A stretch of DNA of 64,000 bases from the NCBI GenBank assembly GCA_032128875.1, contig JAVLKG010000004.1:128001-192000 (forward strand), read 5' to 3'. The position numbers and the translations under genes are program-made. The notes below the pieces were generated by a model, which was given only the letters and a program-made list of their open reading frames with translations, made no database searches and was not told the origin of the DNA. Below, one piece after another: positions 50,133 through 59,804 of this stretch (position 1 is its first letter; each line of letters starts with the position of its first letter). The DNA is from Candidatus Melainabacteria bacterium 17Bon1m (GTDB taxonomy: Bacteria; Cyanobacteriota; Vampirovibrionia; Obscuribacterales; Obscuribacteraceae).

Positions 50133-51047
50133 TCAGTGTTTGTATGGCTTGAATTGTTTTTCGAACCATTTGGCCGTGCGAGTAAGTTGTGCTGGACCAA
50201 AGAAGAAGTGATCTCCTTCTTTTACGACCTCAAAATCGCATCGCACTCCAGCCTTGTCGAGAGCTTTCTTGAAATTCTCGCTTTGTCTGATTGAAACCGT
50301 TCGATCTTTGTCGCCGTGCATAATCAAGAAAGGAGGATCATCTATCGAAGCAAACTCCATAGGGCTGGCGAGTCTTATTTCATTTTGCTTGCTGTCTTGA
50401 GGTCCTTTGAAAAGCTTGTAGAAGACGGACTCTTGATTCCAACCCTTCTTAGGTATGTGTTCGAAATCAACAAAGCCGCACCAATCGCACACTGCCATAA
50501 CCTTGCTTGATTGCTCAGTGTTTCCTTCCACACCTTCCAGGTCTCTCTCTCCGCCGCTTGTTCCTAGAAGCGAGGCAAGGTGTCCACCTGAGGACATGCC
50601 CCAAACACCTATTTTGTCCGGATTTAGATTGTATTTGGTGGCGTTTGCGCGAAGATAGCGCACTGCTGCTTTGCAGTCATGAATCTGGGCTGGAAAAGGC
50701 GCTTCACTCGAGAGACGGTAATTGATAGCAGCGACAGCAATGCCCCTTTTAATTAGCTCTGGGCAAGGAGCTGGGCGTTTATCGCCGCCTTCCCAGGCGC
50801 CTCCGTGAATCCATACGACCACCGGCACTCTTTCTTGTGAAACATTGCCAGGCAGAAAGAGATCCAAAGTTTGGGACTTGAGTTTTGAACCAGGTATGTA
50901 CGGCAGGTCCGCGTGAAGCGTTGGCGCCGCGTTTACGCTTGCTGACTTGCTTTTAGCGCAACCACTGACAGTCGCCATCAATATCAATCCAAGTGCCGCT
51001 ATCAAAACGATAGATGGTCTTTGCTGGTAGTTTGTCACGAAACTCAT
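50133..51047 (-). CDS. Alpha/beta hydrolase (HSL/BD-FAE-like esterase), putative lipoprotein
   Basis: HGGAW, GMSSGG nucleophile, HGDKD, GDH; lipobox-like VSGC. Confidence 0.9.
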   Translation of the reverse strand: MSFVTNYQQRPSIVLIAALGLILMATVSGCAKSKSASVNAAPTLHADLPYIPGSKLKSQTLDLFLPGNVSQERVPVVVWIHGGAWEGGDKRPAPCPELIKRGIAVAAINYRLSSEAPFPAQIHDCKAAVRYLRANATKYNLNPDKIGVWGMSSGGHLASLLGTSGGERDLEGVEGNTEQSSKVMAVCDWCGFVDFEHIPKKGWNQESVFYKLFKGPQDSKQNEIRLASPMEFASIDDPPFLIMHGDKDRTVSIRQSENFKKALDKAGVRCDFEVVKEGDHFFFGPAQLTRTAKWFEKQFKPYKH

Positions 51048-51380
51048 GGATGTTAATGGCGCTCGCACGAAAGCTAAGGTTGAAACCAACCAAGATTATC
51101 CTACCTTCTCTCAATTCGTGTTTAATCGCAAAATAAGCACAGCTGGTAGGTTTTCATCCAAACATATTCGAAGGATACGCCTGAGTGATATGGGCTTTGC
51201 GTAGTTCCCGAAGGCAGAATTTTCACAATATCGTAATACTTGACAGCCCTGGCGAAACGCTCAAAAGCGGCTCTGGTGAAGGCGTTTGGCAATGTCTATT
51301 TGTTTGCATAAAGTCACCAAAAAGCGGAATCAAAATGGAAACACCAGCGTCTACTTACACATACTGAAAACGGAGTCGTT

Positions 51381-51686
51381 ATGGAACTGCGTATTGATGA
51401 ATCCAATTTGAGCCGCCACAGCCGAGGAGGCGATGGCGAAGCGTTGGAATCATGGGTGCACATCATGCACATCGCTAGAGCTTTTGAAGAAGCTGGCGAT
51501 ATAAAGATGGCGGAAGAATTTTTTCGAACAGCTGTATGGATTTCAGATGAGTTTCTCAGTGCCGAAACCTCTATGAAGGGGCTTTTAATGCTGAGTTCGA
51601 CCTTGTCGAAGGACGGGCGAAGTACAGAAGCAGCACTGGCATTTATGCGCGCATTACGAATGTTCGACGAGAATATCAACAACTAG
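51381..51686 (+). CDS. Hypothetical TPR-like helical protein
   Basis: GGAG SD, TPR-like helix pair, downstream terminator. Confidence 0.6.
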   Translation: MELRIDESNLSRHSRGGDGEALESWVHIMHIARAFEEAGDIKMAEEFFRTAVWISDEFLSAETSMKGLLMLSSTLSKDGRSTEAALAFMRALRMFDENINN

Positions 51687-51723
51687 AGATCGCGCGAGTT
51701 TAAAAAGTTTTGCAGAGGGGGTG

Positions 51724-51762
51724 GGGCTGTCCGGTTGAAAGACCGGGCAGCTCCCAGTTTTT
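51724..51762 (+). terminator. Terminator hairpin between convergent genes
   Basis: GCTGTCCGGTT-GAAA-GACCGGGCAGC stem-loop followed by a T run. Confidence 0.65.
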
Positions 51763-51783
51763 AAGCGACTAATTCTGCACACT

Positions 51784-53415
51784 CTAGGTTTGGAGTCGTT
51801 GCTGTAACTTGCCGTATTGAATTTTGGAGTTGTGGCGTGCATCGACGGGTATGGTGTCGACCCATCGAATTTCGTCGAATCGCAGCCATTTGAAAGCATC
51901 AGTCACATTTTTTTTCAGCGGTTTTGCATGATTCAAAAGTTCAATTAGTCGTTCTTTTAGAGATCCAGATTTTTTTTCTATTACTAAAATCCGTTTTGTA
52001 CCAAACTTCATGCAAGTCGCTCGACGCACCAACGGGATTTCTGAGGCTGCAACTTCGACCTGAAATGGGTAAAGCTCACCGTACTCATCGCTGATCTTCA
52101 TCGCGCATCTTCCCATGAGCCACAACCGGCCTTCTGAATCTAAGTAACCGGCGTCTCCTGTTCGATGCCAAATTTTAGAACTTTTTCGACGTTTGGTTGC
52201 GGTTGAGAATTTTGTCTCCGCATCACCTACGCCATTCAAATATGTTTCAACAACATGCTCTCCTCGAACAACAATCTCTCCTGTAACGTAAGCAGGCAGT
52301 CTCGTGAATTTCTTCAGTGTACCTGTCGCGAGCGCATTCAACTCACTCTGGTGCACAATTGCCAATTCAATTTCGTCGATGGGTTTGCCTGCAAGCAATC
52401 CGCTACCATCAAAAGTCTTCTGCAAATCTTCTGGCGTGACTTCCTTGTTGGAGATGTGCGCAATCGGCTCTGCCTCAGTGGAGCCATACACTGATATAAC
52501 TTCTGCATTCGGAAAAGCAGCTTCGATTTGCTTCAACAATGAAGGAAAGACTGGTCCGCCACCAGTCAGTATCTGTGTTAGACCATGGACATTTATGTGC
52601 ATTTCATTTAACTGATCAATCACGCGCTGCAGAAATGCTGGTGATGCAATTATGCGATTTACCCCACAAACTCGCATTTGACGAATAATTCTTTGCGCGT
52701 TGATTGTTGCTGGTTTGCGCATGTCGCCATCGGGAAGTACCGATGTGATTCCCTGTGCCAATGCCGAGAGGACAAACACTGGAAGCGTTGTAAGCTCTAC
52801 ATCCGACTTTTTACCAGGCAAAGTTTTTGCTAAAACCTTTTGTTGATTTAACAAGAAACCATGTGTGCGAACAATCGCCTTTGGATTGCTGGTAGATCCA
52901 CTTGTGAAGGTTATTAGCGCCGGATGATCATCGGCAACATCTTCGATTGGCGTTGGTAAGCCCAGTGAACCATCTGTGGTGCTATATGCCGCAGCCCGCC
53001 CAATTTGAGGAACAATCTGATCTGCAAGAACCTTGACGCGAATGTCACGGACTTCTCTAATTGCAGAGCTGAGTACGCGCAGTCTAGCTGTCGATACCAT
53101 CGCGTCCGGACGAACTAGCTGAAGTGAGTGTTTTAGCGCCTTATAGCCACCCGCGGGATCCACAATTACAACAGTCGCACCAATTCTGAACAATGCTAGC
53201 AAAAGCACGTATGTTTCGATGCGCATTGAAACAGCCAGCAGCACTCGGTCATTTTTTTCGATACCGGAATCGAGTAATTTCTCCGCCGCAAGTTCTGTCA
53301 GTTTTTGCAGAGTCCTATATGTCAAAGCGCGGTCGACGTTGTGCCGAAAGTCTCTCAGCGCGATTCGCTCGGGCTGGCAGACTGCATGTTCATCGAGTAT
53401 TCTGACAAGGTTCAT
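51784..53415 (-). CDS. AMP-binding (ANL) enzyme, OleC-like
   Basis: FTSGSTSNPK, YGSTEAEP, WHRTGDAG, RHNSKI. Confidence 0.9.
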   Translation of the reverse strand: MNLVRILDEHAVCQPERIALRDFRHNVDRALTYRTLQKLTELAAEKLLDSGIEKNDRVLLAVSMRIETYVLLLALFRIGATVVIVDPAGGYKALKHSLQLVRPDAMVSTARLRVLSSAIREVRDIRVKVLADQIVPQIGRAAAYSTTDGSLGLPTPIEDVADDHPALITFTSGSTSNPKAIVRTHGFLLNQQKVLAKTLPGKKSDVELTTLPVFVLSALAQGITSVLPDGDMRKPATINAQRIIRQMRVCGVNRIIASPAFLQRVIDQLNEMHINVHGLTQILTGGGPVFPSLLKQIEAAFPNAEVISVYGSTEAEPIAHISNKEVTPEDLQKTFDGSGLLAGKPIDEIELAIVHQSELNALATGTLKKFTRLPAYVTGEIVVRGEHVVETYLNGVGDAETKFSTATKRRKSSKIWHRTGDAGYLDSEGRLWLMGRCAMKISDEYGELYPFQVEVAASEIPLVRRATCMKFGTKRILVIEKKSGSLKERLIELLNHAKPLKKNVTDAFKWLRFDEIRWVDTIPVDARHNSKIQYGKLQQRLQT

Positions 53416-53460
53416 TGTTCGTTCAAAGTCGTTTCTAGAGTTGTATTTACTAACAGTTGG

Positions 53461-54534
53461 CTACAGAGCTTTGCCGTAAAGTGAGTAAGTTCGAATTGCT
53501 TCTCCGTACATCGAGCTGATTCCGCTGGCTGCATTGCCCATTGCATAGAGTGCGTGGATTGCCTCGCGGTAGCCTTTCTCGTAAGCTCTTGAATGCACCT
53601 CTTGATACATCAAGCGCCCAAGTCCTTTAAGTTTTTCGTCCTGATTGCGGGCGATTGTTTTCATCACCAGTCGTGGTTGAAAAGCCGCTGAATTTTGATC
53701 TGGATAAGCGAAGAGATAGCCGACTATCTTTCCTGCCTTTTCTGCAACCACCATAAGTTCTGGGTCGGCCAGCGATGTCAGCTTCGTTTGCTCTTTCATA
53801 AATGACGCTCTGTCGATTGGCGAAAATAGAAAGTTGTTTTGCATTGCTTCCATCGTGACTCGAAAGATGCCTTCTAGGTCTGAATCGATGTCGTTTGCAT
53901 TGAGTGTTCTGAGTTTGACACCTTGACGTGACAATCTTGCTTTGATTGTTTTGCTGTCAGGGTCTTTTGAATCAAGGTTATGGTTGATTGAAGAACCATA
54001 AGTTTTTACAACCTTGAATCCAGCATCTAGAAAATGTTTGTTCCAACTAAGTGGATTGACCGGCTCGAGTGAAAATATGCGTTCGCCACAGCTCTCACTA
54101 ATCAGCCGGTATCGGCGCCAGGTGCTGCCGTCGATAGGTCCAATGACTGCGTTGCAGCCCCTCTTCTTCAATTCGAATTCAGCCAGCTCAAGCAGTTCTA
54201 TACCGGCTTTGAGTGATGTGGCGGCATAATGACCTATGAATCCAAGTTTTACCTCAGAGCCTATGACGCGCAAGTCCAATTGGTCTGCTGAAGGTGGAAA
54301 GAGCAATTTGGGCTCAGTCCAGATTGAGCAGCGCGCCGTTAGTTTGCCTTCGTACATTGCGAACAAATAGAGTGAAGGCGAACCATTGGTCTGAGTCGGT
54401 TCAACACACTCATGCGGGAAAGATAGAGCAAACTTGGTCGATATCTCCGCCAACTCGGCTGACAAGCTTTCCGGCTTGACTGCAAAAGTGTAATTTAAGC
54501 AGCCAGAATGCGGCGCAGACAGAGCTTCTGTCAT
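53461..54534 (-). CDS. GNAT-fold acyltransferase (tandem GNAT, YghO-like)
   Basis: IGHY, GPIDGSTWRRYR, GLGRLM motif A. Confidence 0.75.
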   Translation of the reverse strand: MTEALSAPHSGCLNYTFAVKPESLSAELAEISTKFALSFPHECVEPTQTNGSPSLYLFAMYEGKLTARCSIWTEPKLLFPPSADQLDLRVIGSEVKLGFIGHYAATSLKAGIELLELAEFELKKRGCNAVIGPIDGSTWRRYRLISESCGERIFSLEPVNPLSWNKHFLDAGFKVVKTYGSSINHNLDSKDPDSKTIKARLSRQGVKLRTLNANDIDSDLEGIFRVTMEAMQNNFLFSPIDRASFMKEQTKLTSLADPELMVVAEKAGKIVGYLFAYPDQNSAAFQPRLVMKTIARNQDEKLKGLGRLMYQEVHSRAYEKGYREAIHALYAMGNAASGISSMYGEAIRTYSLYGKAL

Positions 54535-54649
54535 CGCGAATCTCCTTTATTTTTCAGACCCACCAACTTAATAGTAGGTTTTGGGTGGACTATTGTTCCC
54601 AGTATTCACACAGTTTCATGAGTGTTTACCTGGACTTAAACTGCCGTTT

Positions 54650-55990
54650 TTAATGGATGAAAGCCGCCGGTACTGAGCCGATAAGGGACCCCAGTATGGC
54701 AAACAGAGCCTGCTTGAACCACCGGGTTTTCCCGGTGAGAGACCTGGTCGGATCTTGCTGGGAAAGATAGAAAGAAAGAACCGGCAGGGCTATACATAGT
54801 GGTGCTGCAACGCTCAGGAGTATTGCCTGGCGCGTGAATCCGGCGAGGATGACAAAAGGGATGAAAAGAAGCAACCAGCTTTTGAGAACGCCGCTTGTCA
54901 ACACCAGGATTCTTGAAGAGTTGAATCCGCGAGAATGAACGTGAGCCACCATGATTATTGCGGCATGCACAGCGAAAGCAAGCGTATAAGGAAAGATGAA
55001 TTCCCTGCCGAAGGACAGTTGCGAACATATCCAGATGAGCCCGGTGCTCGCGACGCTAAGCACAGCATACATTGAGTGCCTGTTTTCAATCGACTGAAAA
55101 CGCATGGGCATACACCAGCGGTAGCAAGAGAAAACAATGAGTGGCATCGTCATCCATTGCAATCCGCCGACCACGAAGCTGCCGTATGCAAATAGTGCCA
55201 CGCCGAGGATAGCGCTTCCGGTGAGTGTTGTCTTGTGGCGCCATGCGATGGTGAAGGATAGGATTATCGCCAACACAATGAGCCTGATGGCTAATGTTTC
55301 GGTCGGCACATCGACGTGTGTGCGCAAGACCAAAAGTGCACCCAGAGGAATTGCTAGATTGTCAAAACCGCGCCAGGCAATTCCTTCGAAGAGCATAGCC
55401 AGAATGCCCATAATGAGCGAGATAAACAGTGTTTTGTCGGCGGGCGTCGTAGTGAAAAGGTCGAGAGGGACGAGAGTGCCCAGAAGCGCGAAAGTGAAAA
55501 ACGCCAGCGAACCCTCCGTGCTCTTCGCGCCATCAACTGTCGCGTATTTGTGCGTTCCATACTTAATTCCGACCATTGCGGAAACAGCGTCGGCGAGTGT
55601 AAGAATCAGTACTGGAATGCAAAAAAAGAGTGGTTGTTCGAATGTTAGTGTGAAAAGAATGCCGATTGCCAGCGGAAAGCAGATGTGCCCGTAAGACTGC
55701 CTACCATCTGCTTTGAGAACGCAGCCCCATGAGTTGAGCATCTTAAGTTTGCCGACAAAGGATAAAGTCACAGCCGTGGCGATTGATAAAACCGCCACTG
55801 GCCATGACTCTTCGAATAAATACGGAAAGCTGAGCGTGACACATCCCATAAGCACATGCACTGCCTTTCGAATCAATTCCGGTTCGCAACCAGTCTTCTT
55901 CTTGATATAGGACAGCACGCTCATTGCTGCCGTGAGAACTCCCATCACCAGGCTCATGCCGAGAATTGGATTAGGAAATGCTCCTAACAC
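54650..55990 (-). CDS. Polytopic phytol/dolichol kinase-like (CTP_transf_1 superfamily) membrane protein
   Basis: RKAVH, LADAVSAMVG..YG, KSTEGS, DNLAIP plus extra TM domain; start overlaps the upstream stop. Confidence 0.82.
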   Translation of the reverse strand: MLGAFPNPILGMSLVMGVLTAAMSVLSYIKKKTGCEPELIRKAVHVLMGCVTLSFPYLFEESWPVAVLSIATAVTLSFVGKLKMLNSWGCVLKADGRQSYGHICFPLAIGILFTLTFEQPLFFCIPVLILTLADAVSAMVGIKYGTHKYATVDGAKSTEGSLAFFTFALLGTLVPLDLFTTTPADKTLFISLIMGILAMLFEGIAWRGFDNLAIPLGALLVLRTHVDVPTETLAIRLIVLAIILSFTIAWRHKTTLTGSAILGVALFAYGSFVVGGLQWMTMPLIVFSCYRWCMPMRFQSIENRHSMYAVLSVASTGLIWICSQLSFGREFIFPYTLAFAVHAAIIMVAHVHSRGFNSSRILVLTSGVLKSWLLLFIPFVILAGFTRQAILLSVAAPLCIALPVLSFYLSQQDPTRSLTGKTRWFKQALFAILGSLIGSVPAAFIH

Positions 55991-57129
55991 GTTATTTCCT
56001 CGATCACCAGCCTGCTATAAAAGAAGGCTTTATCTTCCTTGTGCAGTTGTTCTGCCAATTCTGTATGTGATTTGAGAACAGGTGCCATTCTCTCAGGTCT
56101 ACTGCGTGGTGCAAGCATGTTCCAGTAAACAAGCTTGGCACCGGTGCGCCCCGCGAGTACGAGTTCGCTGAGCAACTTGTGGTAGTTGTCCATCGACATG
56201 TACTCGAAAATGTCGCTCAGGTTGAACTTGTCGACTGAGCCCGGAGAAAGTTCTTCCAACACTGATTCAATACTTCCGACGCGCAATTCTAGCTTGTCGA
56301 TGTTCGCCTTGATCTTTTCGTAGTTGTCTTTGCGCAAATAGTGCGGCAGAGCCGACACATAGTTGCCCTTGAGAATCCACTGCATGTAGGGGTTTTCAGC
56401 CGGGTCAAGAACTGTCAAAGCGTATTGCGTTCTATCCAGGATTGCCTGAGCAACGTCGGTTTGAACATATTGGAAAAACGCCGGATCGCGGCCGAGCAAG
56501 CCCATTACTTTGCGAGAAAAGAACATGCGAAACAGTGTGCGCCATTTCGGTGTGTTCCAAACTTCATCGAAGAAGCGTTTGCGATCTTCGCTGTTGCGTT
56601 TGATAAGCAGGTCATCGCAAGTTTCCTTGCTATGTACAAATGGCAAAGCCGCGTTGCGAAAAATCTCGAAGTACTTTTCGAACTTGCCAGCGTGCCCTAT
56701 GCCTCTTGAAAGATCGAGCTTTTGCACATCGAAGAAATTTCTTGTCTCTTGTGATAAGTGCGGACGCAGTTTTGCATACAGTGCAAGTCTATTGCCAGGC
56801 TTTACGCCAATGAGGCAAAGTAAGTCTTCATATGAGAGAAACTTGATTGCGCGGGCTTTGAGTTCTAGGCAAGCAATTTGCTGGCGGTTGAAATCTACAG
56901 CGATCACTTTTGATGGATCTTGAGACAAAAGCGACAAGCTATTGTCTCCAGCAGAAGCTACCGAAATGCAGACATCGCCTGCTTTCACATCCAGTGCTTT
57001 CAGCAAGATGTCGGCATCTTCCCAGCACTGTGCGTAGCGGATGCGTGAAAAATCAGCATGGTTTTCGATTTCGGAAAAACGAAGTTCCGGTCTGTTTTTC
57101 AAAGTAAGAGTGGAGTTAAGTTTTTTCAT
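55984..57129 (-). CDS. DUF3419 / BtaA-like SAM-dependent 3-amino-3-carboxypropyl transferase
   Basis: YAQCWED, SAGDN.L, VDFN..Q...LELK, LSDIFEYM. Confidence 0.85.
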   Translation of the reverse strand: MKKLNSTLTLKNRPELRFSEIENHADFSRIRYAQCWEDADILLKALDVKAGDVCISVASAGDNSLSLLSQDPSKVIAVDFNRQQIACLELKARAIKFLSYEDLLCLIGVKPGNRLALYAKLRPHLSQETRNFFDVQKLDLSRGIGHAGKFEKYFEIFRNAALPFVHSKETCDDLLIKRNSEDRKRFFDEVWNTPKWRTLFRMFFSRKVMGLLGRDPAFFQYVQTDVAQAILDRTQYALTVLDPAENPYMQWILKGNYVSALPHYLRKDNYEKIKANIDKLELRVGSIESVLEELSPGSVDKFNLSDIFEYMSMDNYHKLLSELVLAGRTGAKLVYWNMLAPRSRPERMAPVLKSHTELAEQLHKEDKAFFYSRLVIEEITC

Positions 57130-57140
57130 CGACGCCCCTC

Positions 57141-59786
57141 CTAGCTCGCCTCCCTGCGGAGACCTGTGGAATCAATGAGTTTCACGACGTTGTCGCTAAG
57201 ATCATGTTCCGAATTTTGGGAAGCACTTTCGGCTGTGCTTGCAGCTGGAATTTCTGATGACAGCAGTTGTGCGTTTTCAGTTTTGCTCGAATCTGAAAGC
57301 TTTGTGATCGTCCCTGTTTTGCCGTCAAATTCGATGAGGTCGCCGTCCGTCAGCCAGTTCATCACTCCTGCCGCTGACACTACTGCAGGAATGCCGAGCT
57401 CACGAGAAACAATTGCGGTGTGGGAAAGTAAGCTGCCATATTCGACGATGATGCCTTTCGCTTGGGTGAAAAGAACAATCCAACCTGGGTCTGTTCTTTC
57501 GGCTATGAGGATCTCGTCTTCCAGCGGTTTTGCATTTAAAGGATCGCGAACCACGCGTACACGACCGCGTACAGTGCCTGGTGAGCAGCCGAGACCTGTC
57601 ATAGTTTCAGACTTACTATCAGATAGGTCAGGTGATTTAATTTGGTCGAAGCATGGCGTCGCCCCTACGGTAGCTTCTATAACGGCGCTTCTGGTGACGA
57701 TGCGGTTTGGCGGCGGAAGCTCGTTCTGAAATTGGAGAAATTCCTTCCTGCGAAGTTCAGCAAGCGCAGCTATGTTCGCCGTCGTTCCTTTACCTTCTAT
57801 AAAGCTGAGAACTTCTTCTACTTCTAAGTAGAAAATGTCGTTTTTGTCATTTAGTATGCCTTGTTGTTCGAGCTGTTTGCCAAACTGGAGAAAGATTCTT
57901 CTGACTAAACCAAACAAACGTGTTCGCTCGAATCTCAAATTCTCTCGCCAACGAATACGCTCGACAGCCTGGTTGGCAACGAAGTTGAAAACCACCCGTT
58001 TGAAAAAAGGCAGTTTGGCAATTTGAGATTTTGAATAGGTTGGCGACGGTTCCTGTAAGTTTGCGGTTCGTACTTTTCTTGGAGCTGATGCCAGAGCAGC
58101 AATGTTTCTCAAAAGCGGTAAAGGATTATCGTTAAGAGTTTGACTTTCTAGTTTTAACTCGTTAAGACAACGGTCGCCGAACCTATCAAGATAGTTTTTG
58201 AAAGCTATTTCAAATCTCTCGTTGTCCTTCATGAGGTTCTCAATTTCCTGCATGTTTCCATTTGAGAGAGCAAGTTGAAGTTCTAGATCGTCACGAGCGA
58301 TGTCTGCCATCTTTGTGATCAGTTTTGCAGGCTCTGCGCTGATAATTCCACCGGCGTTGACAAGCAACTCGTGCTGCGAGAAAGATTGTGGCATCCAATT
58401 TTGGCTGAGCGAATTCAGCATTCCGAAGAAGATCATGGCAAAGAAGTCGTTGACTAGTGGCGCATCCCACGATGAGAGAAGTTTCGCTTCTAAGCTGCGA
58501 TAGAGCTTCGCAAGCTGATCTGTGTTCAGCTTGGATAAGTCTTTTGGTACTTCAGATAATGTGGTGTTGAAGTGGTTTTGAAAATTAGAAATCTCTTTTT
58601 GCAGCTTTGCAAATCGAACTGTCATCGCACACAGTGAGGTTGCGAAGTTTAGATACGCTCTGCCTGTAGAAACCTTGTTATCTTCGATGACTTGCTCAAT
58701 TACTTCTGCGGGCAGCTCTTCTTTGACACCCATCATCTGTTCCATGAAAGGTCTATTTACTTGAAACCCAGGAAGCAGTGCGAGCAATTTGTACCAGTTG
58801 ACCAGGTTGTAATAGATACGACCGCGGATGTAGCCGAGCATGCGCGGGAAAATCTGACTATTTGCCTCAATGCGCTCATTCGATACGCCCATCAAACGAC
58901 AGAAGTGGATATAAACATGTTCGTATGCTTTCGCTGCGAAGCTGAATGTGAGCGGCGTAGTTACTCCTTGATAGCTTTCTGAGATGTTGCTGTTGTCCCA
59001 GATTCTCAGGTTTCCCTCAAGCTTCTCGGGAAGAGTTGTGATTGGGCGAGCTTGCAAAATGAAAAGTTGATTGCCGTCATGTGCCCATTCGATGTCCTGT
59101 GGGCAACCAAAAAGCAATTCGATCTTTCTTGCGATGTGCGCAATCTCTAATGCTATGGCATCACTAATCTCAGACTCGTTGGCAAAACCTGCTTTTCTTT
59201 TGATTGTTTGACCATTGATGACGTACAACAGTTCGCCGCTAACTTCGCCCGAGACGAGTCTATCTGCTAGACCGCCAACTGCGTTGATCACAACGGTATT
59301 TCTGTCTCCACTGATTGGATCAGCGCTAAATGCCACGCCTGCAACTTTTGCGTCAACCATCTTTTGAACGATTATCGCGGGGCCGTCGGATTTCCTTTCG
59401 ATGCCCATGCCATTGCAGTATGCTTGCAAACGATCCGTTGTTCCGGACAGCCAAACTGATCGTGCTGCGGTGATGACCCACTCGCTGCTGACATTCAAGA
59501 AAGTATCTAGCTGTCCTGCGAATGATGTTTTTGCACCGTCCTCGTCAATTGCCGATGAGCGAACTGCCAGCAATGTAGTTCCAACCTTGAACTTTCTGTG
59601 AGCTATTTTGAGCTCTTCTTCCAAAAGTGGATCTTGCCAGGTTGTGTCGCTGCGAAAGGCACCGGGAACAATCGTCACAAATGCTGGTACTGCAAATCCA
59701 GCTGCTTTGAGGCGTGCGAGGTTTGCAGCTTTATTGCCGGTGAGCTCCGGTTTGTGACGTTCGTATTCGAGAATGATGTTTTTCAT
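57141..59786 (-). CDS. PEP-utilising dikinase with rifampicin-phosphotransferase-like architecture
   Basis: ATP-grasp (VRSSA..ED....SFAG, QDIEWA, LQARPIT), central substrate domain (NISESY.GVTTPL), C-terminal phospho-His swivel (LSHTAIVSRELGIP). Confidence 0.9.
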   Translation of the reverse strand: MKNIILEYERHKPELTGNKAANLARLKAAGFAVPAFVTIVPGAFRSDTTWQDPLLEEELKIAHRKFKVGTTLLAVRSSAIDEDGAKTSFAGQLDTFLNVSSEWVITAARSVWLSGTTDRLQAYCNGMGIERKSDGPAIIVQKMVDAKVAGVAFSADPISGDRNTVVINAVGGLADRLVSGEVSGELLYVINGQTIKRKAGFANESEISDAIALEIAHIARKIELLFGCPQDIEWAHDGNQLFILQARPITTLPEKLEGNLRIWDNSNISESYQGVTTPLTFSFAAKAYEHVYIHFCRLMGVSNERIEANSQIFPRMLGYIRGRIYYNLVNWYKLLALLPGFQVNRPFMEQMMGVKEELPAEVIEQVIEDNKVSTGRAYLNFATSLCAMTVRFAKLQKEISNFQNHFNTTLSEVPKDLSKLNTDQLAKLYRSLEAKLLSSWDAPLVNDFFAMIFFGMLNSLSQNWMPQSFSQHELLVNAGGIISAEPAKLITKMADIARDDLELQLALSNGNMQEIENLMKDNERFEIAFKNYLDRFGDRCLNELKLESQTLNDNPLPLLRNIAALASAPRKVRTANLQEPSPTYSKSQIAKLPFFKRVVFNFVANQAVERIRWRENLRFERTRLFGLVRRIFLQFGKQLEQQGILNDKNDIFYLEVEEVLSFIEGKGTTANIAALAELRRKEFLQFQNELPPPNRIVTRSAVIEATVGATPCFDQIKSPDLSDSKSETMTGLGCSPGTVRGRVRVVRDPLNAKPLEDEILIAERTDPGWIVLFTQAKGIIVEYGSLLSHTAIVSRELGIPAVVSAAGVMNWLTDGDLIEFDGKTGTITKLSDSSKTENAQLLSSEIPAASTAESASQNSEHDLSDNVVKLIDSTGLRREAS

Positions 59787-59804
59787 TTTGCTGCCTTAGT
59801 GTAT

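Noticed and set aside
51784-53415. oleABCD olefin biosynthesis cluster
   Set aside because: Only an OleC-like ligase is present; no OleA thiolase, OleB or OleD nearby.
55984-57129. Canonical btaAB betaine-lipid (DGTS) locus
   Set aside because: No adjacent BtaB methyltransferase, and the context is different.
57141-59786. Rifampicin resistance gene (rph) or PEP synthase (ppsA)
   Set aside because: It lacks the C-terminal pyruvate-binding barrel of PpsA. It shares RPH domain order but sits inside a biosynthetic-looking operon, so its substrate cannot be assigned.
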